Under the pieces are notes generated by a model. It ran no database searches and was not told the DNA's origin. It worked only from the letters and a program-made list of their open reading frames with translations. Below are positions 47,405 through 56,437 of a stretch of DNA of 64,000 nt, piece by piece (position 1 is the stretch's first letter; each line of letters opens with the position of its first letter). The stretch covers positions 72,356 to 136,355 of the forward strand of contig DAIDHN010000001.1 in assembly GCA_027459665.1 (NCBI GenBank), read 5' to 3'. The position numbers and the translations under genes are program-made. Source of the DNA: Chthonomonadaceae bacterium. GTDB taxonomy: Bacteria > Armatimonadota > Chthonomonadetes > Chthonomonadales > Chthonomonadaceae.

Positions 47405-48889
47405 CTACTTTGCATCTGCAGGGCCTGTGAGAAACACCACCCCGCGGGAAGGAAGCAGTATGCGAATGCCCTGCTGCACATTTGCCTTGTGCAGCAGGGC
47501 ATAAGGAACCGCAAACCCCTGCCTGTCAACCGGATGCACTGTGCGAAAGTAACGGTATTCTGTACAACGCACAGGTGCTGCAAGCCCTGGTATCTGCAGA
47601 GTAATTACCCGTGCAGAATCGCTGTTGTTGACCAGCATCACGCTAAACTGTTTCTTGCTGCCTGCACCTGTCAGTGCGGCAGCCGCACGAAACTGGGGCA
47701 GATTAGGCTCAGAAGTCTGCACAATGCTGCTGCCGCGAGGAAACAGGCGGCACATAAGCGACCAGGTGTAAAACCATGGGCGGGGTTTGAAATCCTGTGG
47801 GTCTCCCATCACAGCACCCTGCGAGTTCCAAAATCCCCATACCTTCAAGGTGAGCGGGCCTGGCACAGCCGGATGCCCATGCACCGTATGCATGGCATCA
47901 TCCATATCCCAGGCGGAAGCCCCCTCCCATCCTGCCCGAAAAGTTTGGGCTGCATAATCTGCCATCATTACCCCGTAACCAAAGGTTTTTACGCGAGGCT
48001 GCTGATCGCCGTTTATTCTGCCCGTAAGCAGCCCGGATTCGCCCAAAAATACATGTTTTTGAGCTACATTTGGCCCCATGCCCAAAAGCATCTGTTTCTT
48101 TTTTCGCAGCAGTTTTTCAATGCTGTCATTGTATACTTCCGGGTCAAGCGCATACCAGTGCAAATCCCATGCGCCTATCTGTTGAGGCAAGTCGGCAGCT
48201 GCCTTGTTCAGCCAGTGAAACGGCTCCAGCCACTGTGTGTTTCCCGTAGTATCCGGCCCAATAATGCGCACCTCCCTGTCGAGTTTTCTCTTGTGCAGCT
48301 CTGCAGCAAGATTCTTCACCACCTGCACCCAGGTGGCATAATCCTTGTTGCCCGACCAGTTTCCGTTCGGCTCATTGATCACGTTGTAGTAGCGAATGCA
48401 GGTATAGCCTCTCTGGCTGCGCAGGTACTGCAGCAAATCTGCTGTAATGCGCGCCCATACCTTACTGGTTTCTGTGCGTATCAAACCCCTGGGCGGCGCC
48501 CACTCGCCCAGCAGAACGCGTATATGCTGCTTCTGTGCAAAACTCAAAATTGCGCACAACTGATTCAGTACAGTGCGATCGGCAGAAAAACCTTTTTGCC
48601 AAACATATTCCGGGCTGCCGTCTGCACGAAAGCCTTTGCAGTAATCGGTTGCCATCCACATCACACGCAGCCAGGCCGGTTTGCAAAACCGCATTCTTTG
48701 CAGAATGATGCGCCAGTTTTGCGCAGAGGGCTGATATTCATAAGGGTCCCACTGCACCCCCAGCCCAACTATGTGAGTAGATACCGTGCGATGCAGATGC
48801 ACAGACACAATGTTTGGCGCCCCCAATGAAGGGCTTTGAAGAAAGAGCAGAAAGAGAAAAACGGAGAACTGTTTGCGAAGCATTGCCAA
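47405..48889 (-). CDS. Secreted glycoside hydrolase, clan GH-A (GH5/GH39-like TIM barrel)
   Basis: Signal peptide; acid/base VINEPNG and nucleophile FLGESG motifs at the spacing expected for clan GH-A. Confidence 0.6.
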   Translation of the reverse strand: MAMLRKQFSVFLFLLFLQSPSLGAPNIVSVHLHRTVSTHIVGLGVQWDPYEYQPSAQNWRIILQRMRFCKPAWLRVMWMATDYCKGFRADGSPEYVWQKGFSADRTVLNQLCAILSFAQKQHIRVLLGEWAPPRGLIRTETSKVWARITADLLQYLRSQRGYTCIRYYNVINEPNGNWSGNKDYATWVQVVKNLAAELHKRKLDREVRIIGPDTTGNTQWLEPFHWLNKAAADLPQQIGAWDLHWYALDPEVYNDSIEKLLRKKKQMLLGMGPNVAQKHVFLGESGLLTGRINGDQQPRVKTFGYGVMMADYAAQTFRAGWEGASAWDMDDAMHTVHGHPAVPGPLTLKVWGFWNSQGAVMGDPQDFKPRPWFYTWSLMCRLFPRGSSIVQTSEPNLPQFRAAAALTGAGSKKQFSVMLVNNSDSARVITLQIPGLAAPVRCTEYRYFRTVHPVDRQGFAVPYALLHKANVQQGIRILLPSRGVVFLTGPADAK

Positions 48890-49089
48890 ATTCCTCAGCA
48901 GTGTAAAGTTCTTTTTAGTATACAGTCTGATTCAACGCTTTGCTTTTGCATACCGCACAAACTGGCAAAAAGGGCCTTACCTGTTTGAAATCAAACCGCA
49001 GCAGAAAAAGAGAAACCTGCGGTTGCAGGTAAAATATGCCGTTCTTTCCTGTGAAAACCGCTGTTGGCACAAAGTGGAAAAAAAGGGAG

Positions 49090-49560
49090 GTTCAGAAAGT
49101 TATTAACAATGTTTCAACAGAGATTGTTGAAAACTTATCGGTGTTTTGTACAAGTTTACATATTAAAACTTATACAGTTTTTGCCTTTTTTTAGGGTGCC
49201 TGTACAAGTTATTAACAAAGGACTCAAAACTTTGCAAAAGTTATTAACAATAGGACTCAAAACTCACGTTCAACAGTTTGTCAACACTTCCATTGTTAAT
49301 AACCTGGGTAGTTTTCAACAGAGTTTTCAACAGAGATTCGGCCTGATTGTTAATAACTTTTTCTCCTGCCTGCACTATGCCAGTAGACTCTTGTGCGTTT
49401 TCAATAACTATCAAAAACAACCAGAATCTAAAATACAATTGATTCAACAACAGCCTGAAGTCGCATGCAATGCAAAGTTTCAACAGAGTTTTGAGTCTTT
49501 TCAACAGGATAATAAGAATCAGAGAATCTCTTTATATATAGAATCCACTGATTCCAGAAT
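49090..49560. repeat. AT-rich iteron region: GTTATTAACAA (3 direct + 2 inverted copies + variant), TTTCAACAGAG (5 copies incl. a tandem pair), GGACTCAAAAC (2), TGTACAAGTT (2), GAATC-cact-GATTC palindrome
   Basis: Direct reading; copies at 49098, 49208, 49240 (direct), 49294, 49347 (inverted); 49111, 49312, 49324, 49477, 49498. Confidence 0.75.
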
Positions 49561-49581
49561 CACATTCGGAAAAGAATTCCT

Positions 49582-50793
49582 ATGCGCCTGACACGTCTGC
49601 AGCTTTCAAACTTTCGATGCTACGGTTCGCTGGATATTCAACCCTCTGCACGTCTCAATGTGCTGTATGGTGAAAATGCCCAGGGAAAGACCAGTGTGCT
49701 GGAAGCCATTCGCCTTCTGGCCACCACAAGGTCGCTTCGTGCTGGAAGAGAAGCGGAAATGATTCGACAAAATGAAGAGATGGCACATGTGCAGGCCGAG
49801 CTTTACCGTGATTGTGCAGGGGAAGCCGACCTGATGATTACGGTGCTGCCCAGCGATAGAAAAAACGTACGCATCAATGGAACCAAACGCCCTCGCGTAC
49901 TGGATTTGCTGGGGCAGCTCAATGTGGTATTTTTTGGTTCTCCCGATCTTGATATTGTTGCAGGAGAACCTGCAGACCGCAGGCACTTTCTTAACGTGGA
50001 AATTTCTCAGGTTAGCCCGCGCTATGTGGGGGCGTTTGCGCAGTACAAAAAAGTACTGGAGCAGCGCAACAGGCTGCTGCGCGATTTGCGCGAGAGACCG
50101 CGCAATCCTGTTGAGGCAGGTCTGAACGAATGGACTGAACAGCTGGCTGAATATGGGGCGCAGATTTTTGAAAAGCGTCAGTTTTACATTTCCATGCTCG
50201 CCCCGCTGGCCGAAGAAGCTCACAGGGCGCTTACAGCAGGCCGTGAAGGGCTGGAGATAAGATACCTGCCGGGCATCAGCCTGCCGGGGCAGGTGCGCGA
50301 GTCTTCTCCTGCTCCCTGGCCGGCAAGAATCAACGGCCCTGCATACGACCCTCCAGAATGCATGGAATCGCCCCTCAGCGCCACGGAGAGCATTGCTGAG
50401 GCATTTCGCAGGCAATTGGCCGCAGCTATGCAGGAAGAGCTGCGCAGAGGGGGCACAGTGCTTGGGCCGCAGCGAGATGACGCAGCTTTTCTGGTAAATG
50501 GCAGAGATGCGCGAATTTATGCCTCACAGGGGCAGCAGCGCACTGTGGCTCTGGCCCTCAAGCTGGCAGAATACAGACTGCTTGAAAAAATGGTGCAGGA
50601 ACCGCCCGTACTGCTGCTGGATGATGTGATGAGCGATCTGGATGATGCGCGGCGATCCTGTCTGCTGCAGTGGGTAGAAGAATGCGGGCAGACATTTATT
50701 ACTGGTACCAGTTTAAGGGCGTTCCCTCCTGCCATGCTGGCAGAGGGTGCGCTGTTTCTTGCAGATAAGGGAATGCTGCAGAGGACGAACTAG
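49582..50793 (+). CDS. recF: DNA replication and repair protein RecF
   Basis: N-terminal MRLTRLQLSNFRCY...LYGENAQGKTSVLEAI Walker A and SMC-like signature further on. Confidence 0.9.
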   Translation: MRLTRLQLSNFRCYGSLDIQPSARLNVLYGENAQGKTSVLEAIRLLATTRSLRAGREAEMIRQNEEMAHVQAELYRDCAGEADLMITVLPSDRKNVRINGTKRPRVLDLLGQLNVVFFGSPDLDIVAGEPADRRHFLNVEISQVSPRYVGAFAQYKKVLEQRNRLLRDLRERPRNPVEAGLNEWTEQLAEYGAQIFEKRQFYISMLAPLAEEAHRALTAGREGLEIRYLPGISLPGQVRESSPAPWPARINGPAYDPPECMESPLSATESIAEAFRRQLAAAMQEELRRGGTVLGPQRDDAAFLVNGRDARIYASQGQQRTVALALKLAEYRLLEKMVQEPPVLLLDDVMSDLDDARRSCLLQWVEECGQTFITGTSLRAFPPAMLAEGALFLADKGMLQRTN

Positions 50794-50796
50794 CAA

Positions 50797-51420
50797 ATGA
50801 ACAGCAGAAAAAACCGCTTTTCACAAACTTTCCGTTCACAGTCTCAAACAGACACTGTGGTGCAGGTGCTTTCCAGACTGATTCCAGATATGCAGAGCGC
50901 GGCAATGATTCGCGAAAGCATGGCGATAGCGCGCTGGGAAGAAGCGGCCGGGCCGGTGATTGCCGGGGTAAGCCGTGCGGAAAGCATTCGAGACGGCGTG
51001 CTGATGGTAAAAACCCGCAGTTCGGTATGGTCTCAGGAGCTGATGTTTCAGAGGGAGAATCTGGTAGAAAAACTGAACAGGCTTCTGGGAGGACCCATTG
51101 TAAAAGACATTCGATTTCGGCCATGGGGCAAAGAAGAAAATCCGCCGCCGATGCCGCCGAAAATATACCCTACCTCTGCAGAACTGGAGGCGGTGCGCCT
51201 CACCCAGGCGGAAAGAGAAAAGCTGCGCAGGGAGCTGGACTTGGCAGCACAGGTGCAGAATGAAAAACTTCGCATATCTCTGCAGCGTACACTATTGCAG
51301 GAAATCAGACTGCACCACTGGAAGAAGCAGAATGGGTGGCTGCCCTGCAAACAATGCAGTGCCCTGTACTGGGGGAGTGGAACCTTGTGCCCGCTGTGTG
51401 CTGCAGAAGAATGGGGCTAA
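50797..51420 (+). CDS. DUF721 (DciA-like) protein with C-terminal CxxC...CxxC zinc ribbon
   Basis: Position immediately after recF, DUF721-type N-domain (AMIRESMAIARWEEAAGPVIAGVSRAESIRDGVLMVKTRSSVWSQEL) and terminal CKQC...CPLC. Confidence 0.65.
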   Translation: MNSRKNRFSQTFRSQSQTDTVVQVLSRLIPDMQSAAMIRESMAIARWEEAAGPVIAGVSRAESIRDGVLMVKTRSSVWSQELMFQRENLVEKLNRLLGGPIVKDIRFRPWGKEENPPPMPPKIYPTSAELEAVRLTQAEREKLRRELDLAAQVQNEKLRISLQRTLLQEIRLHHWKKQNGWLPCKQCSALYWGSGTLCPLCAAEEWG

Positions 51421-51429
51421 AATACGTAA

Positions 51430-51502
<73 letters not shown>

Positions 51503-51590
51503 GCAAGCTGCAGATGCATTTTACCCTGCAGCAGCAGGCGGCGTCAAGAAGAATGCTGCATGCTCTGCCCGAAAACAGAAAGAGTGTCAT

Positions 51591-52145
51591 ATGAATTGCG
51601 GCGAACGTAAAACGGCGTACATCGGCATGGGAAGCAGCTTGGGAAACCGGCTGCAGTTTTTACAGAATGCACTGTGCAGCATGCACCGTTCAGACCAGTC
51701 TATACAGGTAACCGGGGTTTCGCCGGTATACGAAACGCCTCATATGGGGCTGACGCCCGAGGATTCAGAGCGTTACCCGCCGCATTTCAACGCGGTAGCG
51801 CGAATAAGCTCACTGCTTGCACCCAGGCAGCTGCTTGCAGAACTGCAGCTTGCAGAGGAGAAGGCAGGGAGACAGAGGGAGCAAAAATGGGGACCGCGTA
51901 CTCTTGATCTCGATTTGCTGTTGTATGAGGGAGTGCAAATGCACGCGCCCGAACTCACCCTGCCACACCCAGGGCTGCTGCAGCGGGCTTTTGTGCTGCT
52001 GCCGCTGGCTGCTCTGGAGCCGAAACTGATTTTGCCGGATGGAGCCAGACTGGAAGAATGGCTGCACAAGCCTATAATAAAAAAGCAGCAGGCAGTGCAA
52101 ACAAGGCAGCAGCTGCATATCCCGCAGTACGCTGAGGAGATGTAA
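51591..52145 (+). CDS. folK: 2-amino-4-hydroxy-6-hydroxymethyldihydropteridine pyrophosphokinase (HPPK)
   Basis: AYIGMGSSLGNR..., PVYETPHMG and WGPRTLDLDLLLY motifs of HPPK. Confidence 0.85.
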   Translation: MNCGERKTAYIGMGSSLGNRLQFLQNALCSMHRSDQSIQVTGVSPVYETPHMGLTPEDSERYPPHFNAVARISSLLAPRQLLAELQLAEEKAGRQREQKWGPRTLDLDLLLYEGVQMHAPELTLPHPGLLQRAFVLLPLAALEPKLILPDGARLEEWLHKPIIKKQQAVQTRQQLHIPQYAEEM

Positions 52146-52147
52146 CC

Positions 52148-53620
52148 ATGCAATATTTGTACGAGGCAAGCGACCCGGCAGGCCGGGCTGTGCTGGGAAA
52201 ACTGGACTGTGCTTCTGAAGAAGCAGCTCGCGACCTGCTGCTTCAAATGGGTTTTCGTCCTCTCAGTCTGGCGCCGGTCACGCAGGCTCAGCCGCCGACT
52301 GCCGCCCCGGTTTCAGAACCAACTCAGTATGCTGTTATGCCTGCAGGGGCAGACCTGCAGCAAATCAGCCCCGCTGAGCAGCAGGAAGAAGAAGAGGAAG
52401 TGCTGATCGGCAGGCCCACACGCGCTGCAGCAGTAGGCTATGCCTCTGCATTGCCAGCGCAGGCTGCCGTGCAAAACAAGGTTGGAACCATTAACCTGAC
52501 TGGCAATGCAGCAAAATCGCTCAAGCGCACTACTCTCAAGCCCGCACCGGCGCCCACAACTTCAGCACAGTATACTCTTGTGCCGCCCAATGCATCCAAA
52601 CTGGCAGGCGTCTCAACCCGCGACCTGATGTTTTTCTTTCGCCAGCTCGCTTCTCTTATCCAGAGCGGAATAACGCTGTACAATGCTCTCAACAATCTGG
52701 CTGCCCGCACACCAAACAAACACCTGCGCCAGGCTGCCTCTGAAATGGCACAGGCGGCTCACGACGGCAGGTCTGTTTCTTCAGTGATGCTCAACTACCC
52801 CCGCATTTTTCCAGAACATATCTCTGCCACGGTGCTTTCGGGCGAAACGGGCGGTTTTGTTGATATTGCCCTGGGAGAGGTTGCCACCTCTTTCGAAGAA
52901 AATATAGCCCTCTACAAATTCACCTGGATTCCAAAGTTTATGGCAGTGCAGGCGTGGTATAGTCTGGTGTTTGCCATACCGCTGTTTCCCGACCTGTTTT
53001 CACAGTTCAACATACAGCAGGGGCTGATTCATTATGCCTGGCAGTGCCTTACCGTGTGCCTGCCGATTGCGGTAGGAGGGCATTTGCTTGCTATCTGGAT
53101 AGGCAGAAGACTGCGTCTGCCCGAATACAAGCAAAAAGTAGATGCTCTTGCACTGAAGGTGCCGCCGTTTGGCACACTGCAGAAAGAAGCCGCCCTCAAT
53201 ACCTTTCTGCGTGTAATACGGCGCCTGTACAATGCGGGAATACAGCCCACCCAGGCATGGGAATGCGCCATGCATACCCCTGCCAATCTGGTGGTAAGAA
53301 ACAAGCTGCGCAGCGCTTACCAGCAAATTCAGACCGGCATGCCTCTTCCCGATGCCATGCAGTCTACCGGCCTGTTTGACAGTGAAGTAGAGCAGCTGAT
53401 TTTTACCGGGCATGAATCTGGCCAGTTGGTGGAAATGCTTGACCAGGCGACAAATTACTACCAGGATTTGACGCTGAGGTCTCTTGGAAAAGCACGTTTT
53501 ATGATGTTTCGATATGGTGTGCTAGCCATGCTTTTACTGGGAGGCGCGGCGCTTATTATAATGACCAAAACCTACTACCAGGGTATGTTTGACTATGTAA
53601 ACAAGTATTTTGCACCGTAA
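52148..53620 (+). CDS. Type II secretion/type IV pilus platform protein (GspF/PilC family) with inserted Ala/Pro/Gln-rich linker
   Basis: PilC-like N-domain, about 100-aa low-complexity linker, then two T2SSF domains (TRDLMFFFRQLASLIQSGITLYNAL... and ...LYNAGIQPTQAWECAM...LFDSEVEQLIFTGHESG) separated by TM helices. Confidence 0.75.
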   Translation: MQYLYEASDPAGRAVLGKLDCASEEAARDLLLQMGFRPLSLAPVTQAQPPTAAPVSEPTQYAVMPAGADLQQISPAEQQEEEEEVLIGRPTRAAAVGYASALPAQAAVQNKVGTINLTGNAAKSLKRTTLKPAPAPTTSAQYTLVPPNASKLAGVSTRDLMFFFRQLASLIQSGITLYNALNNLAARTPNKHLRQAASEMAQAAHDGRSVSSVMLNYPRIFPEHISATVLSGETGGFVDIALGEVATSFEENIALYKFTWIPKFMAVQAWYSLVFAIPLFPDLFSQFNIQQGLIHYAWQCLTVCLPIAVGGHLLAIWIGRRLRLPEYKQKVDALALKVPPFGTLQKEAALNTFLRVIRRLYNAGIQPTQAWECAMHTPANLVVRNKLRSAYQQIQTGMPLPDAMQSTGLFDSEVEQLIFTGHESGQLVEMLDQATNYYQDLTLRSLGKARFMMFRYGVLAMLLLGGAALIIMTKTYYQGMFDYVNKYFAP

Positions 53621-53652
53621 GCTTCTGTGCAAACCAGAGAGAAGGAAGAAGC

Positions 53653-55167
53653 ATGCCGCTATTTAAATATGCCGCTAAAAACAATGCTGGCAGTAATGTA
53701 GAGGGAGTTTTGGAAGCGTCTGACATGATGACCGCTGCAGAAATGCTGCGCAGGGAAGGAGTCATCCCTACGGCGCTGCAGGTAGCAGAGGAAGAGACAA
53801 ACCAGGCCCTCGCTGCCGCGGTCGTTCCGGCAGAGGCTGCCCCCACCCTGCAGCTGCCTGTTCCGGCAGCAAAAGCACGCGGCATGCTGCTGGCAGAGCC
53901 AGAGCCTGAAGACATTGAAACCACCTCAAAACTAGAGCCGTGGCAGCGCGGCGGCCCGATCGCCCAGCCCGCTGCCGCGGCCGCTCTGCCTGCAGTGCAG
54001 TTTTCTCCTCCGCCCTCAGCGCCTGCTGCTTACGCGGCAGGCCGCGAAGCAGCGCCGTTTGGAGAGGGCTACAAACCTGCTCCTACGCTGGGTGGAAGGT
54101 TCAAGGAAGCGCTTGTTTACCCTATTCTCTCAGGCGTTGTGCTGAAAGAACTAGTGACTTACTACCGCCAGTTTGCAACGCTTATTCGGGCAGGTCTGCC
54201 CCTGTATCAATGTTTGGCCAGCCTGGAAGGTGAAACGCGCAACCAGAGGCTGAAGCAGGTGACGCGCGCTTCCATCTCACAGGTGCAGGCAGGTGGAAAA
54301 CTTTCTGAAGTAATGGCCGCTTATCCCTGGGTGTTCCCATCCATGCACACCCAGATTGTACGTGCCTCGGAGCAGGCAGGAACGCTGGACCAGGGATTGA
54401 AGCAGATCGCCGACTATGTAGAGCATGACCTGGCTATACGCAGGCTGCTGATAGCAGAAACCTTTTATCCGGTATTGGTGCTGATTGCCGCCCTTATGCT
54501 GCTGGGAGGGCATTTTTTCATAGATGGAATGCCTGCCATTAGCAAACTGGTGCTGGGAGGAATGGGAAAAAGCTCATACGGGGTTTCAGATTACCTCAAA
54601 GACACCATAGGCTTTGGTTTGCTGCTGCTAATTCCCTGTGCTGCTCTTTTTGTACTGTTCAGGCTTTTTCTTTTCAATATAAAGGGAGTGCGCGAAGCGT
54701 ACGATACTATTAAGACCAGCATACCTGTGTTGGGCGGTATTGTGAAAGGATTCGCCCTGGCGCGTTTTCTGCTGATTTTTGCAACTCTATACCGAAGCGG
54801 ATTTACCATGTCGAGTGCGTTGCAGATAGCGGGTGAAGCTTCTGGCAACGTGCTTTTGCGCAATGCAGCAAACAAGGCAGTTGGCCATGCAGAAAGAGGC
54901 GGTCTGGTTTCAGATGCGCTGGCAGGCAGCGGGTTCTTTCCGCATATGGCTGTCAACATGATTCGCACAGGAGAAACATCGGGCAACATGGATGAAATGC
55001 TGGCCAAAGCCTCCGAACACTATGAAGAAGACTGCAAGGTAAAATCAAGACAGGCCGCCCTGATTTTTGCAGTATGTGTACTCTTGCTGGTGGGCATTAT
55101 GGTGGCTATGGCGGTGATAAAATTCTATTCGGGGTATGCAAGCGGCATTTCTGCCGCAGGGGGCTGA
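53653..55167 (+). CDS. Second GspF/PilC-family platform protein (tandem paralogue) with Ala/Pro-rich linker
   Basis: MPLFKYAAKNNAGSNVEGVLEASDMMTAAEMLRREGVIPTAL N-domain; T2SSF domains (LVTYYRQFATLIRAGLPLYQCLASL...; ...LYRSGFTMSSALQIAGEASGN...MIRTGETSGNMDEML). Confidence 0.75.
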   Translation: MPLFKYAAKNNAGSNVEGVLEASDMMTAAEMLRREGVIPTALQVAEEETNQALAAAVVPAEAAPTLQLPVPAAKARGMLLAEPEPEDIETTSKLEPWQRGGPIAQPAAAAALPAVQFSPPPSAPAAYAAGREAAPFGEGYKPAPTLGGRFKEALVYPILSGVVLKELVTYYRQFATLIRAGLPLYQCLASLEGETRNQRLKQVTRASISQVQAGGKLSEVMAAYPWVFPSMHTQIVRASEQAGTLDQGLKQIADYVEHDLAIRRLLIAETFYPVLVLIAALMLLGGHFFIDGMPAISKLVLGGMGKSSYGVSDYLKDTIGFGLLLLIPCAALFVLFRLFLFNIKGVREAYDTIKTSIPVLGGIVKGFALARFLLIFATLYRSGFTMSSALQIAGEASGNVLLRNAANKAVGHAERGGLVSDALAGSGFFPHMAVNMIRTGETSGNMDEMLAKASEHYEEDCKVKSRQAALIFAVCVLLLVGIMVAMAVIKFYSGYASGISAAGG

Positions 55168-55195
55168 AAATTCTGCCCTGCTATTTACTAAAACC

Positions 55196-56413
55196 ATGAC
55201 TTTTTCACAGGTACCAGACTACTATGCTCTGCTTGGGGTGCAGCGCAATGCAGATGCTGACACAATAAAGCGGCGCTACAGGGAACTTGCACGGCGTTAC
55301 CACCCGGATATAAATCCGGGGCAGGATGCCCAGCAGAAGATAAAAGCGGTGAACGAAGCCTACCACGTACTGGGCGATGCCGAAAGGCGCGCTCTTTACG
55401 ATGCAGAGTACTACCTTAGGCAGCAGCGCCGCGAAAACGCCGAAAAAACATCTGCGGCCCGCACTGCAGCCCAGCCTGCTGCTGCGCCAAAAGCCGCAAA
55501 AACCGATTCTGTGCAGACAAACCAGGGAGTGGAGTTCAATGGTTTTGGCCGGGTATATAACTCTTCTGCAGCAAAAACAAGCCCTGCTGCACACAAACCA
55601 GGCGTGCAGACCGGCCCCGAGGTTTCGCTGCTGATTGATGCCAGAAACGCTTTCATGAGCCACAGGTACACCGATGCCGAAAAGCTTTGCAGGCAAGTAC
55701 TTGGAATCAACCCGCGCATGGCGGAAGCCCATGAAATAATGGGTGATATTTTTATGCGCAAAGGCGCAGAAGAGCGTGCCGTAACTGCCTATTCGTATGC
55801 ACTGCAGTTCAACCCCGCCAACCTGGGCGTGCAGACGAAGCTGCAGAGGCTTGGCAAGGGCATGGCTGCAGGCGGGCCAAAAGTACATGTGAACCGCAAG
55901 ACACCGCGAAAAAAAGACGCGCTGGCTCAGGAAAGAATGCTCATGGGCATTGGCATTCTTTCTTCTCTCATGTTTCTCAGTTTGCTGGCTTTTTACTACT
56001 TTCTTAAAGGCCCCCTTCTGCTCACCCTGTTTTACCTTGTTTGCATAGGCTGTTTGGGTGGGCTGCTGCTGGGGCTGCTGGGAGGAATCAAGCCGCTGCG
56101 GGGCGAAATCTCTCTCTGGAAAGCAGACAGAGTTGCCCTGCCATATATTCTGATAGGTTCTGCCCTGCTCAGTTTCTACCTTTCTTTTCTGCTTTTCACC
56201 CTTGCAGCGTATGTGCAGAAAAAAGCATCGCTCCCTATTTTGAGCGCCTATGGAGGTACGGCAGTTCTGGTGATGCTCTGCTGGTTTCTCTACCCCGCTG
56301 CCGGCTTGTGGATGCCTGCCCTGGCAGGCAATCTGCTCTTTCCCGCCCTGATGGCCGGCTGGAATGCAGCAGACTGGCTGCGGCAGGGCGACTATATTGC
56401 CAGAACCGGGTAA
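55196..56413 (+). CDS. Membrane-anchored J-domain (DnaJ-like) protein with TPR repeat and C-terminal TM helices
   Basis: DYYALLGVQRNADADTIKRRYRELARRYHPDINPG...KAVNEAYHVLGDAERRALYD (HPD motif); TPR-like segment; 5 predicted TM helices at the C-terminus; start at ATG 55196 overlapping the upstream gene. Confidence 0.75.
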   Translation: MTFSQVPDYYALLGVQRNADADTIKRRYRELARRYHPDINPGQDAQQKIKAVNEAYHVLGDAERRALYDAEYYLRQQRRENAEKTSAARTAAQPAAAPKAAKTDSVQTNQGVEFNGFGRVYNSSAAKTSPAAHKPGVQTGPEVSLLIDARNAFMSHRYTDAEKLCRQVLGINPRMAEAHEIMGDIFMRKGAEERAVTAYSYALQFNPANLGVQTKLQRLGKGMAAGGPKVHVNRKTPRKKDALAQERMLMGIGILSSLMFLSLLAFYYFLKGPLLLTLFYLVCIGCLGGLLLGLLGGIKPLRGEISLWKADRVALPYILIGSALLSFYLSFLLFTLAAYVQKKASLPILSAYGGTAVLVMLCWFLYPAAGLWMPALAGNLLFPALMAGWNAADWLRQGDYIARTG

Positions 56414-56437
56414 TTCGGCTGGCGCCGGAGGTGTTTT

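Noticed and set aside
48890-49581. DnaA-box cluster (oriC)
   Set aside because: No TTATCCACA-like 9-mers found by eye; the iterons are different words, so the oriC idea is kept only as a hypothesis to test by GC skew
49064-49591. 175-codon Q/F/N-rich ORF in the AT-rich region before recF
   Set aside because: Its internal repeats occur in both DNA orientations (GTTATTAACAA and its exact reverse complement), which argues for DNA-level sites rather than protein repeats; overlaps recF start
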